64,000 bases of DNA from a virus, in the UHGV virus genome UHGV-1372088; one strand, 5' to 3'. A program made the translations under genes and the position numbers. This document shows, in pieces, positions 8,848 through 19,199 of the stretch (the first letter of the stretch is position 1; every line of letters begins with the position of its first letter). A model generated the notes under the pieces. The model ran no database searches and was not told where the DNA came from. It saw only the letters and a program-made list of their open reading frames with translations.

Positions 8848-11172
8848 ATGATATACGTCATCAAGCGAGGCGGTAGCAAAGAGCCTCTCTCCGAAGAGAA
8901 GTACAATCGAGTGCTGATGTGGGGTGTCGAAGGCATTGATAATGTCAGCGCATCCAGCATCGCATTTGCCGCAGCAAACAGCATCGTCGACAACGTCACT
9001 ACCTCCGAATTACATGAGTCGCTGGTTAAAGCAGCCGCCGACTTAATTAGCGTCAAAACCCCCAACTACAGCCAGGTCGCAGCACGTCTTAACATGTTTA
9101 AGATCCGCAAAGACGCCTTTGACCAGTACGAATACCCGGACTTCTACGAGCATATTCTGAAGAACGTCGGCCGTCGTGTTTACGACAACGAAATCCTGCA
9201 CAAATACACCTGCGAAGAGATTGATGAGCTGGGCTCTTACATCGACCCGGAGCGTGACGACAAATTCGGCTACGCCGCGACCGTCCAGCTGCGTCAGAAG
9301 TATCTGGTTCAGAACCGCGTTGATGGCAGCGTATATGAGGCGCCGCAGCACATCTACATGCTGATCGGCATGTGTCTGTATCAGGATTGGGAAAATGGCG
9401 CGGCCGGCAAGTCTCGTCTGGAAATGGTGAAAGGGTTCTATGATGCGACCAGTACGTTCAAGCTGTCTCTACCTACTCCGATCATGGCTGGTGTTCGCAC
9501 ACCTACTCGTCAGTTCTCCAGTTGCGTTCTGATTGAAGCGGGAGACAGTCTCGACTCCATTAACGCTGCGAACAACGCTATCGTCAAATACGTTTCCCAA
9601 CGCGCAGGGATTGGCATTAACTTTGGCGCGATCCGTGCGCTGGGCAGTCCGATTCGCAATGGTGAAGCGCAGCATACTGGCGTGACCCCGTTCCTCAAGA
9701 TGTTCCAGGCGGCAGTTAAATCCTGTTCCCAGGGTGGCGTTCGCGGTGGCGCAGCGACGGGCTATTACCCGTTCTGGCATTACGAAGCTGAAAGTCTGCT
9801 GGTCCTAAAGAACAACCGTGGCATTGAGTCGAACCGCGTTCGCCATATTGACTACGGTGTGCAGCTGAACCGTCTGATGTATCAGCGTCTGATCCGTCGC
9901 GAAAATATCTCTCTATTCAGCCCACATGACGTGCCTGGCTTGCTCGATGCCTTCCATGCAGATCAGGATGAGTTTGAGCGTCTGTACACCAAATACGAAG
10001 CCGACGAATCCATCCGCAAGAAATCTGTGCCGGCAGTCGACCTGTTCTCTTCTCTGATGCAGGAACGCGCTTCCACCGGTCGCATTTACATCGCCCATGC
10101 GGACCACATGAATACGCACGGCGCTTTCGATCCAAATATCGCACCGGTTAAGCAGTCCAACTTGTGCGCTGAAATTGCTCTGCCCACCAAGCCAATGACG
10201 GCGCCGGGTAGCGACGATGGCGAGATCGCTCTGTGTACGCTGTCGGCGTTTAACCTTGGCGCTATCGAGTCTCTGGATGAACTGGAAGAGATCGCCTTAT
10301 ACGGCGTGACTGCGCTCGATTGTCTGCTGGATTATCAGGACTATCCGATGAGCGCGGCAGAGCAGTCTGCCAAGGCCCGTCGCAGCTTAGGTATTGGCGT
10401 GACCAACTTCGCTTACTGGCTGGCGAAGCATGGGGTGAATTACTCCGGCAAAGCGGGTAACAAGCTGACCCACGAAACGTTTGAAGCGGTCCAGTATTAC
10501 CTGCTGAAAGCGTCTAACAAGCTGGCGAAAGCCAAAGGCAAATGCGACTGGTTCAACGAAACTCGTTACGCCAATGGCGAGATGCCAATCGACACATACC
10601 GCAGCCAGCTGGATAAGCCGCAGTATGAGGCCAACTACCCTCTCCTTCTGGATTGGGAAGCGCTGCGCGTCGATATCGCCGTTCATGGTCTGCGTAACTC
10701 GACGCTGACCGCCCAGATGCCGTGCGAGACGTCCAGTCAGATCACCAACTCCACTAATGGCATTGAGCCGCCGCGCGGCGCGGTGTCCATCAAGTCGTCC
10801 AAGGACGGCACGATCCGAATGGTCGTTCCAGATTACGAGAACCTGTCCGCCGGCTATGAGTTCCTTTGGGATATGCCGTCCAACGAGGGGTATCTGATCA
10901 AGGTCGGCATTATGCAGAAATTCATCGACCAGTCCATTTCTGCCAACACCAACTACGACCCGAAAGCGTTCCCTGGCGGCAAGGTTCCGATGCAGACCAT
11001 GCTGCGTGATCTGATGCTGGCGTATGACCTTGGCGTCAAAACGCTGTACTACCACAACACCCGCGACGGCGCCGGTGAACGTGAAGAAGAGAAGATTACG
11101 CACCAGGCACATCTTCCATCCTCGACTGAGATTGTCGAAGAAGAGGAAGAGTGCGACTCCTGCAAAATCTAA
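8848..11172 (+). CDS. nrdA: ribonucleoside-diphosphate reductase alpha subunit (class Ia)
   Basis: 774 aa. N-terminal ATP-cone-like region. Active-site NLCAEI motif. C-terminal CDSCKI cysteine pair as in E. coli NrdA. Confidence 0.9.
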   Translation: MIYVIKRGGSKEPLSEEKYNRVLMWGVEGIDNVSASSIAFAAANSIVDNVTTSELHESLVKAAADLISVKTPNYSQVAARLNMFKIRKDAFDQYEYPDFYEHILKNVGRRVYDNEILHKYTCEEIDELGSYIDPERDDKFGYAATVQLRQKYLVQNRVDGSVYEAPQHIYMLIGMCLYQDWENGAAGKSRLEMVKGFYDATSTFKLSLPTPIMAGVRTPTRQFSSCVLIEAGDSLDSINAANNAIVKYVSQRAGIGINFGAIRALGSPIRNGEAQHTGVTPFLKMFQAAVKSCSQGGVRGGAATGYYPFWHYEAESLLVLKNNRGIESNRVRHIDYGVQLNRLMYQRLIRRENISLFSPHDVPGLLDAFHADQDEFERLYTKYEADESIRKKSVPAVDLFSSLMQERASTGRIYIAHADHMNTHGAFDPNIAPVKQSNLCAEIALPTKPMTAPGSDDGEIALCTLSAFNLGAIESLDELEEIALYGVTALDCLLDYQDYPMSAAEQSAKARRSLGIGVTNFAYWLAKHGVNYSGKAGNKLTHETFEAVQYYLLKASNKLAKAKGKCDWFNETRYANGEMPIDTYRSQLDKPQYEANYPLLLDWEALRVDIAVHGLRNSTLTAQMPCETSSQITNSTNGIEPPRGAVSIKSSKDGTIRMVVPDYENLSAGYEFLWDMPSNEGYLIKVGIMQKFIDQSISANTNYDPKAFPGGKVPMQTMLRDLMLAYDLGVKTLYYHNTRDGAGEREEEKITHQAHLPSSTEIVEEEEECDSCKI

Positions 11173-11179
11173 CGCAGAT

Positions 11180-11203
11180 GGTGGGCGAAAGCCCACCTTT
11201 TCA
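11180..11203 (+). terminator. rho-independent terminator
   Basis: GGTGGGC-GAAA-GCCCACC followed by TTTTCA. Confidence 0.6.
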
Positions 11204-11293
11204 ACTGCTTGATTGCCTTTCACTAGTAAATAAAATGTTTGCTAACTTACTAAACAAGATATTTCCTAACTTATTAAACAAGGTGTTTAAATA

Positions 11294-12436
11294 ATGTCTT
11301 ACTCAACCTTCCGGCTTGGCGCAAATGACGCCACCAAAGAGCCGATGTTTCTGGGCAACTCGGTCAACGTCGCTCGCTACGACGTCCAGAAATACCGTGA
11401 ATTTGAAAAGCTGATTGAGAAACAGCTGTCTTTCTTCTGGCGCCCGGAAGAGGTGGATATCAGCAAAGATCGCATCGACTTCAACACCAAACTTCAGGAA
11501 CATGAGCGGCACATCTTCACCAGCAACCTGCGTTACCAGACTCTGCTGGACAGCGTACAAGGTCGCAGCCCAAACGTGACACTGTTACCTCTGGCGTCCA
11601 TCCCGGAGCTGGAAACGTGGATTGAAACCTGGGCCTTCTCCGAGACTATTCACAGCCGCAGCTATACCCACATCATTCGCGGTATGGTTGACGATCCGAG
11701 TGAGATTTTCGACGGCATCGTAACGGACGAAGAGATTATTTCCCGCGCGTCGAGTGTGTCGGCTGAGTACGACAAGCTGTATCAAATGATCTGCGCTCGC
11801 GAGCATCTTGGGGAAGACGAATTTGAACGTCTGTATGCGTCTGAGTTCGACGGAAAGCCATACCCGATGGAACGCCAGCTGTTCCGTACTCTCGTCTCTG
11901 TGAATGCGCTGGAAGCGATCCGCTTCTATGTCAGCTTTGCCTGTACGTTCGCGTTTTCAGAGCGGAAGCTGCTGGACGGCAACGCGAAGATCATGCGTCT
12001 GATTGCGCGTGACGAGGCGCTGCATTGCGAAGGCACTGAGCGCATGTTGCGAAATATGCGAAGTGGTCGCGAAGGTTTGCTGTGGAAGCAGATCGCCGAA
12101 GAAGAAGAGCCATTTGTCTACCAGACAATGATGGACGTAGCCGAGCAGGAAATGCGCTGGGCCGACTATCTGTTCAAAGATGGTTCCATGATTGGCCTGA
12201 ATGCGAACATCCTGAAGCAGTACGTGAAATACCGTACCAACCTGGCCATGCGCCGACTCAACTTGCAGCCTCTCTTCCCCGAAGTCACCTTCGATCCGCT
12301 GCCGTGGATGAACAGCTATCTGTTCTCCGACAACGTGCAGGTCGCCCCGCAGGAAACCGAGATCTCCAGCTATCTGGTTGGCCAGGTTGACGCCACTGTC
12401 GCAGAAGATGCCTTTGGCGGATTCGAAGACCTGTAA
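11294..12436 (+). CDS. nrdB: ribonucleoside-diphosphate reductase beta subunit
   Basis: 380 aa, directly downstream of nrdA. Conserved di-iron/tyrosyl radical helices ([20 protein letters not shown]). Confidence 0.85.
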   Translation: MSYSTFRLGANDATKEPMFLGNSVNVARYDVQKYREFEKLIEKQLSFFWRPEEVDISKDRIDFNTKLQEHERHIFTSNLRYQTLLDSVQGRSPNVTLLPLASIPELETWIETWAFSETIHSRSYTHIIRGMVDDPSEIFDGIVTDEEIISRASSVSAEYDKLYQMICAREHLGEDEFERLYASEFDGKPYPMERQLFRTLVSVNALEAIRFYVSFACTFAFSERKLLDGNAKIMRLIARDEALHCEGTERMLRNMRSGREGLLWKQIAEEEEPFVYQTMMDVAEQEMRWADYLFKDGSMIGLNANILKQYVKYRTNLAMRRLNLQPLFPEVTFDPLPWMNSYLFSDNVQVAPQETEISSYLVGQVDATVAEDAFGGFEDL

Positions 12437-12509
12437 GCCGTAACATTTGTCTGTGTGGCCTGTCCTGGATGGGTCACAATACACACATCGAAAACAAAAC
12501 GAGAAACAC

Positions 12510-13337
12510 ATGAAAAAGGTTCACGAAATTATCGCCAGCGTTGTTGGGAACAAAACGAAGAAAAGCCAGGCGCTGACTTCATTCTCTGCTGAAGGTTTTA
12601 ACGATTTTTCGGCAATTATCGATATGGTCCATGAGTTTCACAAGCTGTTCCAGCACCCGATTATGGCAGCGCCAACGGCGGAGCTGATGGCTTTCCGGGC
12701 GGAGCTGATTGACGAAGAGGCCGGTGAGCGTGAAGGCTTGAAAGCCATTCGTGAAAGAAACATTGACCAGACTCTGGATGCGGCCGGCGACACACTGTAC
12801 GTAGCCGCTGGTGCATTCATCTCAATCGCTGGCGCCGGTCTGGGATTCGTCGACTCGAAGGAGTTCGATCGTGCTCGTGAAGAACACCTCCAGTTTATGA
12901 TGAAAAATGTCTCTCTCCCCAAACATCTTGGCATGGCATTCCAGGAAGCGGTCGATGTGGCCAAGAAGATTGCCTCTCTGGGTGACGTGAAGAGTGTTGA
13001 CGACCTTCGTCAGCCGTTCATCGAGCTCTACCGCGCATGTGATTACATCATGTCCATCGTTCGTCTGGGCGGAGTCGACCCGGTTGAGCTGGTTGAAGAG
13101 ATCCACAACAGCAACATGAGCAAGCTTTGGGCCTATGACGATGCGGTTCGCAAGGACCAAATTGCTCGCTGCAAATACGATCTGAGTGACTTAGGCTTCC
13201 GCGTGGCGCCAGGTCGTGATGCTTTCATCGGCTATCGTCTGTCTGATGGCAAGATCCTGAAATGCCCGGACTACAAAAAGGCGAACTTGGGGGAGTTTGT
13301 TGAGCAGATTGAAGATAAAGGCTACTTTGTGGATTGA
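12510..13337 (+). CDS. putative MazG-like nucleoside triphosphate pyrophosphohydrolase
   Basis: Start moved to MKKVHEII. EExGE-type acidic motif (LIDEEAGERE) followed by a second helix (LDAAGDTLYVAAGA). Sits among nucleotide-metabolism genes. Confidence 0.4.
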   Translation: MKKVHEIIASVVGNKTKKSQALTSFSAEGFNDFSAIIDMVHEFHKLFQHPIMAAPTAELMAFRAELIDEEAGEREGLKAIRERNIDQTLDAAGDTLYVAAGAFISIAGAGLGFVDSKEFDRAREEHLQFMMKNVSLPKHLGMAFQEAVDVAKKIASLGDVKSVDDLRQPFIELYRACDYIMSIVRLGGVDPVELVEEIHNSNMSKLWAYDDAVRKDQIARCKYDLSDLGFRVAPGRDAFIGYRLSDGKILKCPDYKKANLGEFVEQIEDKGYFVD

Positions 13338-13410
13338 CACTCGGTAGATATCGAAATATTATGTGTTCGCATATATAAGCACGATACTGCCTTGTCATGA
13401 TTAATTAATC

Positions 13411-13438
13411 GCTCCGCTAACCACGGAGCTTTTTTTTT
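13411..13438 (+). terminator. rho-independent terminator
   Basis: GCTCCG-CTAACCA-CGGAGC followed by a 9-T run. Confidence 0.7.
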
Positions 13439-13517
13439 GCTCGAAATACCCCTCCTTCCCCAACGTGAAATTATTGTTTATGATAGGTATGTAAATACAT
13501 ATCATGGCGGGAAAAAA

Positions 13518-14588
13518 ATGGACTTCGCACAACTTAATGACGCTGCCTACATTGGCGTAATCAACTCCGTACTGAGCCGGGGCATCGACAGCCAGAATCG
13601 CACCGGCGTAGAAACAACCGGGACATGCTTCATCCTGTCCGACTATGCGCTGGAGGCCGGCAACGTCCCGCTCATCTCCACCAAAGCCGTCAATCTGAAG
13701 CCGCTACTCGTTGAGCTTGAATGGTATCTGCGCGGCGAAGGCAATATCTCATTCCTGAAAGAGCATGGCGTGAAAATCTGGGACGCCTGGGCCGACGCTA
13801 ATGGCGATCTCGGACCCGTCTACGGTCGCCAGTGGCGTAAGTGGGAAGACACCCGGATCGTGAGCGCCGCGGACTATGCCGCTAACAAAGAAAAGTATGA
13901 CGAACGTGGCTACCACGTTGAAGGCGAGCTTGAGAATCGCGTCGTCATCTCTCGTGAAATCGACCAGCTGCAACGTATCGTTAATTCGCTGCGCGACAAC
14001 CCGACGGACCGCCGAATGCTTATGTCAGCGTGGAACGTGGGCCAGCTGGAAGATATGGCGCTGCAACCCTGCCACTTCGCCTTCTCCGTATGGAGTCGCG
14101 AGCTTGAGTTTGAAGATCGTCTCCGCATGGCCAACGATATCGCGGCGGAGCATGTGTTTCGCGGCATCTCTTCCAAGTACGTTCAGATGCTGGATGCGGT
14201 CGCCAAAACCGGCGAGATCAACGAGGAAACGCTGAACGAGCTGGAAATCCCAACCCGCATGTTGTGCTCTTCCGTTATTCAGCGGTCGGTTGACGTGTTC
14301 GTGGGTATGCCATTCAACATCGCAGGATACGGCATCCTGACTCACTTCCTCGCGCACATCACCAACCACATGCCTTCCATGATGTCGCATTACGGCTGTG
14401 ACGTTCATATCTACGCAGATCATGCGGAAGGTCTGAAGGAGTTTGGGCAGCGCGAAATCCCGGTCGACTCGAAGCCTATCGTTCTGTTCCCCGACACCTG
14501 GCGCGAGCTGAACGACTTCCGTTGGGAAGATGTCGTCATTGACGGCTATAAGCCGCTCCCCTGGATCAAGGTGCCGGTGGCGGTATGA
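13518..14588 (+). CDS. thyA: thymidylate synthase (ThyA family with insertions)
   Basis: Start moved to MDFAQ. N-terminal ...QNRTGVETTG... Active-site LQPCHFAFSVW (PCH motif). A class-B motif lies at 13487-13502 just upstream. Confidence 0.8.
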   Translation: MDFAQLNDAAYIGVINSVLSRGIDSQNRTGVETTGTCFILSDYALEAGNVPLISTKAVNLKPLLVELEWYLRGEGNISFLKEHGVKIWDAWADANGDLGPVYGRQWRKWEDTRIVSAADYAANKEKYDERGYHVEGELENRVVISREIDQLQRIVNSLRDNPTDRRMLMSAWNVGQLEDMALQPCHFAFSVWSRELEFEDRLRMANDIAAEHVFRGISSKYVQMLDAVAKTGEINEETLNELEIPTRMLCSSVIQRSVDVFVGMPFNIAGYGILTHFLAHITNHMPSMMSHYGCDVHIYADHAEGLKEFGQREIPVDSKPIVLFPDTWRELNDFRWEDVVIDGYKPLPWIKVPVAV

Positions 14589-15007
14589 GTGCAAGACGAA
14601 CACATATCCTCGTAGAACTTGATGGTGTGCTGGCAGACGGCCAGCACCGTTCGAAAGAGGAAATCCTGGACAACGTCAAATTCCTGATTCGCGGCGACAA
14701 ACTGAATCACGTCGTCTCTCGAATGCTGAAGGGTTTTGAGCGTACCGGAGTGGAGATTGTGATCGTCGCACCCAACAGGTCAAAGCTGTACGAAAAAGAA
14801 ACCAAGATGTGGCTGAAGGATGTCGGTGTTTCGTTTGATTATCTGATGATGGCCGGCGACCAGCCGTTCTTCACGAGAATGGTCGCCTCAGAAAAAGACG
14901 AACTTAGCGAAAGCGTCCTGTTTGCCGTCATCGGCTCATCCAATGCCGTCCTCAGCTACGGCAAAGAGCATCCCCACAAACCAACTCTATGTGAGATCCG
15001 AAAGTGA
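14585..15007 (+). CDS. hypothetical protein (140 aa), weak HAD-like N-terminal motif (ELDGVLAD)
   Basis: ATGA coupling to thyA. The motif is imperfect (E in place of the first Asp), so the function is uncertain. Confidence 0.35.
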   Translation: MSARRTHILVELDGVLADGQHRSKEEILDNVKFLIRGDKLNHVVSRMLKGFERTGVEIVIVAPNRSKLYEKETKMWLKDVGVSFDYLMMAGDQPFFTRMVASEKDELSESVLFAVIGSSNAVLSYGKEHPHKPTLCEIRK

Positions 15008-15495
15008 AAATGATTGCCGCCGTTGGGCGCGACTTTGAGATAGGCAAAAACAATGCGCTACCCTGGAAATGTCCGGCCGACTTGACCGTTTTTAAACAAC
15101 TGACTCTAGACCATACGGTCATTATGGGCGCGAATACCGCAAAAAGTCTGGGCCGCCCTCTTCCCGGCCGCCACAACATTGTGCTGACGCGCGATGCCAG
15201 TTCGCACATTGGCGATCTGGAAGGATTCGATACCGTTTCCTCAGCTAAAGAAGCCGCTCTCCTGTTTCCTGATGCGTGGGTTATCGGCGGTGCGCAAGTT
15301 TATGAGGCGATGCTTCCCTACGTCTCTGAGGTGTGGCTGTCCCACATCAGCGTTGAAACGAAAGCCCCGGATACCTTCTTCCCCGTCGACAAGATGATCG
15401 GGATGGGATTTAAGTTTTCGCATATCAGCTGTGAGCATATTGCTGAAAACGAAGGGTTGTCATTTAAACAAGTTGTTTACAAGGTTCCTAAATAA
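15004..15495 (+). CDS. folA: dihydrofolate reductase
   Basis: MIAAVGRDFEIGKNNALPW...VIMGANT...GRPLPGRHNIVLTR is collinear with E. coli DHFR motifs. Confidence 0.85.
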   Translation: MKMIAAVGRDFEIGKNNALPWKCPADLTVFKQLTLDHTVIMGANTAKSLGRPLPGRHNIVLTRDASSHIGDLEGFDTVSSAKEAALLFPDAWVIGGAQVYEAMLPYVSEVWLSHISVETKAPDTFFPVDKMIGMGFKFSHISCEHIAENEGLSFKQVVYKVPK

Positions 15496-16121
15496 TGAAA
15501 ATAGGAATTTGTGGCGCACAGGGGGTGGGGAAAACCACGCTGGCTCGCCAGTACGCGGAAGAGAACGGCATTCCCCTGCTTGAAACTAAGGTTGGGGATT
15601 ATCTCAGCCATTTAGGTATCGAGATCGGCAAGGAGTACGATCCGCTGAAGAGAATGCAGGTCCAGTTGGCCATTCTCGACTATCTGGATCGCTGCTACTC
15701 GATGGTCGACAGCTTCATCACCGACAGAACACCTCTCGACGTTGTCGCCTACTCCCAGGAGATGATGTTTAACCAGACCGACCCGGACGTTATTGCCGTC
15801 TTCGAAGAGATTCAAAAAAGAGCAGTTACTCTGTGCCTCCAATTTGGGCTGATTGTCCAGATTCGCCCAGGCATAGAGCTCAAGCCTGAAGACTATGAGC
15901 GTCGGCAACGCGCCGCACTCGACCGCGTAAGCGTCAACCGTATCGATACGCTGATCTCCGGCGGCATTGTCGACCTGATTCAGACGCACAAAGACAAAGT
16001 CACTGTCAAAACGATGCCGAAAAGCAGACTGGCCCTGCGTGAGCGGATCGACATTCTCAAAGACACCGTCGACGATCTTGAGAGGCGACTTATTGCCAGC
16101 GCCAGCGCCCTCACCCATTAA
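15495..16121 (+). CDS. P-loop NTPase, putative (deoxy)nucleotide kinase
   Basis: N-terminal Walker A ICGAQGVGKTTL. Its size and context among dNTP-synthesis genes suggest a kinase. Confidence 0.4.
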   Translation: MKIGICGAQGVGKTTLARQYAEENGIPLLETKVGDYLSHLGIEIGKEYDPLKRMQVQLAILDYLDRCYSMVDSFITDRTPLDVVAYSQEMMFNQTDPDVIAVFEEIQKRAVTLCLQFGLIVQIRPGIELKPEDYERRQRAALDRVSVNRIDTLISGGIVDLIQTHKDKVTVKTMPKSRLALRERIDILKDTVDDLERRLIASASALTH

Positions 16122-16178
16122 GTTGAACGCCTATCCAAAGTCGATAGCATTGAAGAAAATAAATAACGAGGATTACAC

Positions 16179-16589
16179 ATGGAACTCGATTTCGACAACG
16201 AACTTGATAGAAAGGTGAGCGAGACTGTCGCCCACGTCGCCACGCTGGTTGAAGAGCGGATTATGTCGCGGGAAAACGCCCACCACGCCATCAATGCGCT
16301 GTATATGGGTTGTTATGGTCTTAATGGCCACGAAGTCTCAGAATTGCTTTCAGACGCTCTTAACGAGTTTCGTGACGGCGCCCCATCCATGTTCCCGTTC
16401 GTGGTTAAAACCCCAAAAGGTGATGTGGTCGTTGTTCGCGTAAACACCGTCCATCCGGCCATGACGATGACCATGATCGGAAGCGAGGTCAATACGAAGT
16501 CTTTCACGTATGACTCAGCGAAAGAGGCGCTCTCCGGTGCGGCGAAGGTTGTTACGACTCTGCTGAAGAGCGGAGGTGTGAAGTGTTAG
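16179..16589 (+). CDS. hypothetical protein (136 aa)
   Basis: Good SD (AACGAGGA) before the ATG. No recognisable motifs. Confidence 0.4.
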   Translation: MELDFDNELDRKVSETVAHVATLVEERIMSRENAHHAINALYMGCYGLNGHEVSELLSDALNEFRDGAPSMFPFVVKTPKGDVVVVRVNTVHPAMTMTMIGSEVNTKSFTYDSAKEALSGAAKVVTTLLKSGGVKC

Positions 16590-17152
16590 TTACCGGTATC
16601 GACATCGAAACAACCGGTCTGGACTTTCGCAGTGGGCATAAGATCATTGAGATTGCCTTCTCCATGTACGATCTGAATACCCAGAAGAAGGTCGATGAGC
16701 TGGCGATGCGCTTTAACCCTCGCCGAAACATTGATGCCAAGGCCCAGGCGGTTCACAAGATTTCTCTCGATATGCTGGCCGGCTGCCCACTGTTTGAGGA
16801 TGAGGGTCAGGAGCTGATTGACCGCTTCGTTAGCAAAGCGGGTTTGCTGGTGGCGCACAACGGCGAATCGTTCGATATTCCGTTCATGAAGTATGAGCTG
16901 GCGCAATACGGCATCCATGTGCCGGACGTTCCTCTGATCGACACCATGCTCGACGGTCTATGGGCATGTGAGGACGGTAAGCGTCCGCGTCTGGAAGAGC
17001 TGGCATTCTCGTTAGGCTTTGTCTATGACCACAGTCAGTCGCACGGGGCGCTGTACGATACCGATCTCATGATGCAATGCTTCTTCAGGGCGCGTGAGAA
17101 GTATAATCTGTTCCCACTGCCGGCCTCTCTGTCGGCGGCAGCCGCCGCGTAA
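16583..17152 (+). CDS. DEDDh 3'-5' exonuclease (DnaQ/epsilon-like)
   Basis: Exo I GIDIETTG. Exo II LVAHNGESFDIPF. Exo III HGALYDTDL. Confidence 0.7.
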   Translation: MLVTGIDIETTGLDFRSGHKIIEIAFSMYDLNTQKKVDELAMRFNPRRNIDAKAQAVHKISLDMLAGCPLFEDEGQELIDRFVSKAGLLVAHNGESFDIPFMKYELAQYGIHVPDVPLIDTMLDGLWACEDGKRPRLEELAFSLGFVYDHSQSHGALYDTDLMMQCFFRAREKYNLFPLPASLSAAAAA

Positions 17153-17168
17153 ACAAGGAAACAAGGAA

Positions 17169-17203
17169 ACAAGATGTTTAGAGCGCCTTTAAACATCTTG
17201 TTT
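17169..17203. promoter_or_regulatory. extended palindromic operator (AACAAGATGTTTA / TAAACATCTTGTT), a class-A variant, upstream of the 17289 gene
   Basis: 13-bp perfect inverted repeat arms, preceded by (AAACAAGG)x3 direct repeats at 17151-17175. Confidence 0.5.
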
Positions 17204-17288
17204 GCCTAACAAGTCAGCTTTATCGCCTACCCACCACTGTCATAATCATCTCATCGAAAACGAAACTAATTAAAACGAGGATTCAGTC

Positions 17289-18086
17289 ATGACTATGACC
17301 GCACATGTAAACGACGACACCAATGATCTGCTGGCTATGCTGAACGAGCTTGAGACGCTGAGCGACCCGACTCCGTCTTCCGAAGCTAAGCCGGCCACCA
17401 CTGACCTGCTTGATGGTCTGGACCTGGACCTGTCCACCGAGGAACTCCTGTCCGACATGGACGCCATCTCTGCGGCGGTAGATGATGAGCTGGTTGCTGA
17501 AGCCGCGCTATCTGAAATTGAGAGCGCCGAAGTCATCGAAGCGTCACCTAAGAGTGATTACGTTGTCGATATTGAAGCGGAGAAAGTTAAGGCTGAAGCA
17601 GCAGCCGCCAAGGAAAAGAAGCCGAAAGTCAGCAAGCCAAAGGCACTCAGTGCGCCGCGCGAGAAGAAGGAACGCCCGGTCGCCGCTCGCAAGCGATTCG
17701 CAGTCGGCGAAATGACGGATGAGCAGTATGAGTCTGTCGGGATCTTCCGCGAGACGTTCGAAGAGGCGCTGGGGGTCGCGCCAGTGAAAGCGGCAGACAA
17801 AATCGTCAATCTTCTGGCGTGGTACTTCAACGACGTGACCTTGAGCGTATACACCGAGATTTGCTTGCGCAAAATCTGCGAGAGCAAACAGGCGAAAGTG
17901 GCTGAAATGCGCCTGGCCATGATGAGCAATCCATCTAAGCCGTATCCAGTCAGCACGGCAGGATCGCAGGCTGGCCAGATGCTGGCGGTATTCCCGGCGC
18001 TCAACATTGCGGAAAAGCAGGAGCCTGGCGTACTGGTCCTGAATGAAGATTCTCCGATTGTCGCTAAATTCAAAGCGACGATGTAA
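17289..18086 (+). CDS. hypothetical acidic protein with Lys/Ala-rich central segment (265 aa)
   Basis: Highly acidic N-terminus followed by a KEKKPKVSKPK basic stretch. Function unknown. Confidence 0.45.
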   Translation: MTMTAHVNDDTNDLLAMLNELETLSDPTPSSEAKPATTDLLDGLDLDLSTEELLSDMDAISAAVDDELVAEAALSEIESAEVIEASPKSDYVVDIEAEKVKAEAAAAKEKKPKVSKPKALSAPREKKERPVAARKRFAVGEMTDEQYESVGIFRETFEEALGVAPVKAADKIVNLLAWYFNDVTLSVYTEICLRKICESKQAKVAEMRLAMMSNPSKPYPVSTAGSQAGQMLAVFPALNIAEKQEPGVLVLNEDSPIVAKFKATM

Positions 18087-18108
18087 CCACCCTCTCGAAA
18101 CCACAAAA

Positions 18109-18140
18109 CGCGCCATGATCGATTGTGGCGCGTTTTCTTT
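18109..18140 (+). terminator. rho-independent terminator
   Basis: CGCGCCA-(10 nt)-TGGCGCG followed by TTTTCTTTT. Confidence 0.65.
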
Positions 18141-18320
18141 TCCATCCAGATAATCTCCCCACGAACCAACACAAAGCCATCAGGGTGAGTCCTGTCGCTC
18201 TCGGAGCGCATCGGCGCCCACTGTCTTCACGAGCTGTATCATTTGAATGCCTTTCATTGTTTGGTAAACTATGAAACAAGCAAACAAGTAAACAAGTAAA
18301 TTACGAAATAAGGGCGTTAA

Positions 18321-18545
18321 ATGCACAATCACACCAACGTAGTGCCGCAAGTGGAGACAGACTTTATCACCACGGCGCGTGACTTGATGACTGACAGGAG
18401 TAAGGCTGTGTCGCTTTTCACCTGGTCCAGCGAGGCGATCGTCAACAACAAACATTCTGATGAGCTGATACAGCTGATCGGTTATCTCATCAACGAAAAC
18501 TTCGCGCTGGACGTTCAGCTTAAGGGCCGCGCCCAAGCAAAATAA
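18321..18545 (+). CDS. hypothetical protein (74 aa)
   Basis: Preceded by AAACAAG x3 repeats. The ORF itself is unremarkable. Confidence 0.35.
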   Translation: MHNHTNVVPQVETDFITTARDLMTDRSKAVSLFTWSSEAIVNNKHSDELIQLIGYLINENFALDVQLKGRAQAK

Positions 18546-19122
18546 TCTCAGTTTGTAATGTATGTAGATGTTTACTTACCTACCACAGTCACGATAAAAT
18601 ACACATGCCCACCATCTGGTGGGTTAACTGTGAACCACAATCGTAAAAATCCCTTAGAGCAGTACGGGCAGGCAAAACGCAGACGGAGCGGTAGAAGTAT
18701 CTCCACTGTTCACAGTTATCAATATGACACTTAGATCTCGGGTGAAGAGACGGTCGGTTTAAGTGGCGCAGTAAGAAGCGGATCTCCATATGGGGTGAAG
18801 TGGGAAGCCCAGACGGGACTACGCTTAGGGCAAATTTGTTGGACATGTCAGGTAAAACTGGCGAGCGACGCAATGCGTAAAACGGTTTTGATTCGGGAAC
18901 AGTATCAAGCGGATCAACACTGGATGGAAGTCGCTCACTTGATTGCCGTGGCTGACGCCATAATCGCTTTTCTTCAAGAGTGATTATGAGGTCCGCCTGG
19001 CCACTCAAGGAGGTCGGTCAAATAACTTAGTTTGAGCTTTGATGGTTCAGTTGGAACCTAGCTTTGACGGTTATTTGCCTAGGAACTCCTTGGCCATAGG
19101 AACCCAAAAACCTTAAAACCTT

Positions 19123-19176
19123 ACAACCGTAAACGGTTGTAGAAACGTGAAACGTGAAACGTGAAACGTGAAACGT
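19123..19176 (+). repeat. hairpin (ACAACCGTAAACGGTTGT) followed by a tandem heptamer (GAAACGT)x5
   Basis: Read directly in the sequence. Lies in the 1-kb noncoding tract at 18.55-19.59 kb. Confidence 0.8.
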
Positions 19177-19199
19177 AAGGCCCAAGTCTCGCCCAGAAT

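Noticed and set aside
10387-11223. 278-aa minus-strand ORF antisense to nrdA, and similar antisense ORFs within nrdB, thyA, sbcC and terL/portal (for example 39070..40002)
   Set aside because: Each sits inside a confidently identified + strand gene with conserved motifs. These are typical GC-rich antisense open frames.
18589-19008. 139-aa minus-strand ORF in the 18.55-19.59 kb non-coding tract
   Set aside because: Opposite to all flanking transcription. No RBS. Overlaps hairpins and repeats. Probably non-coding.
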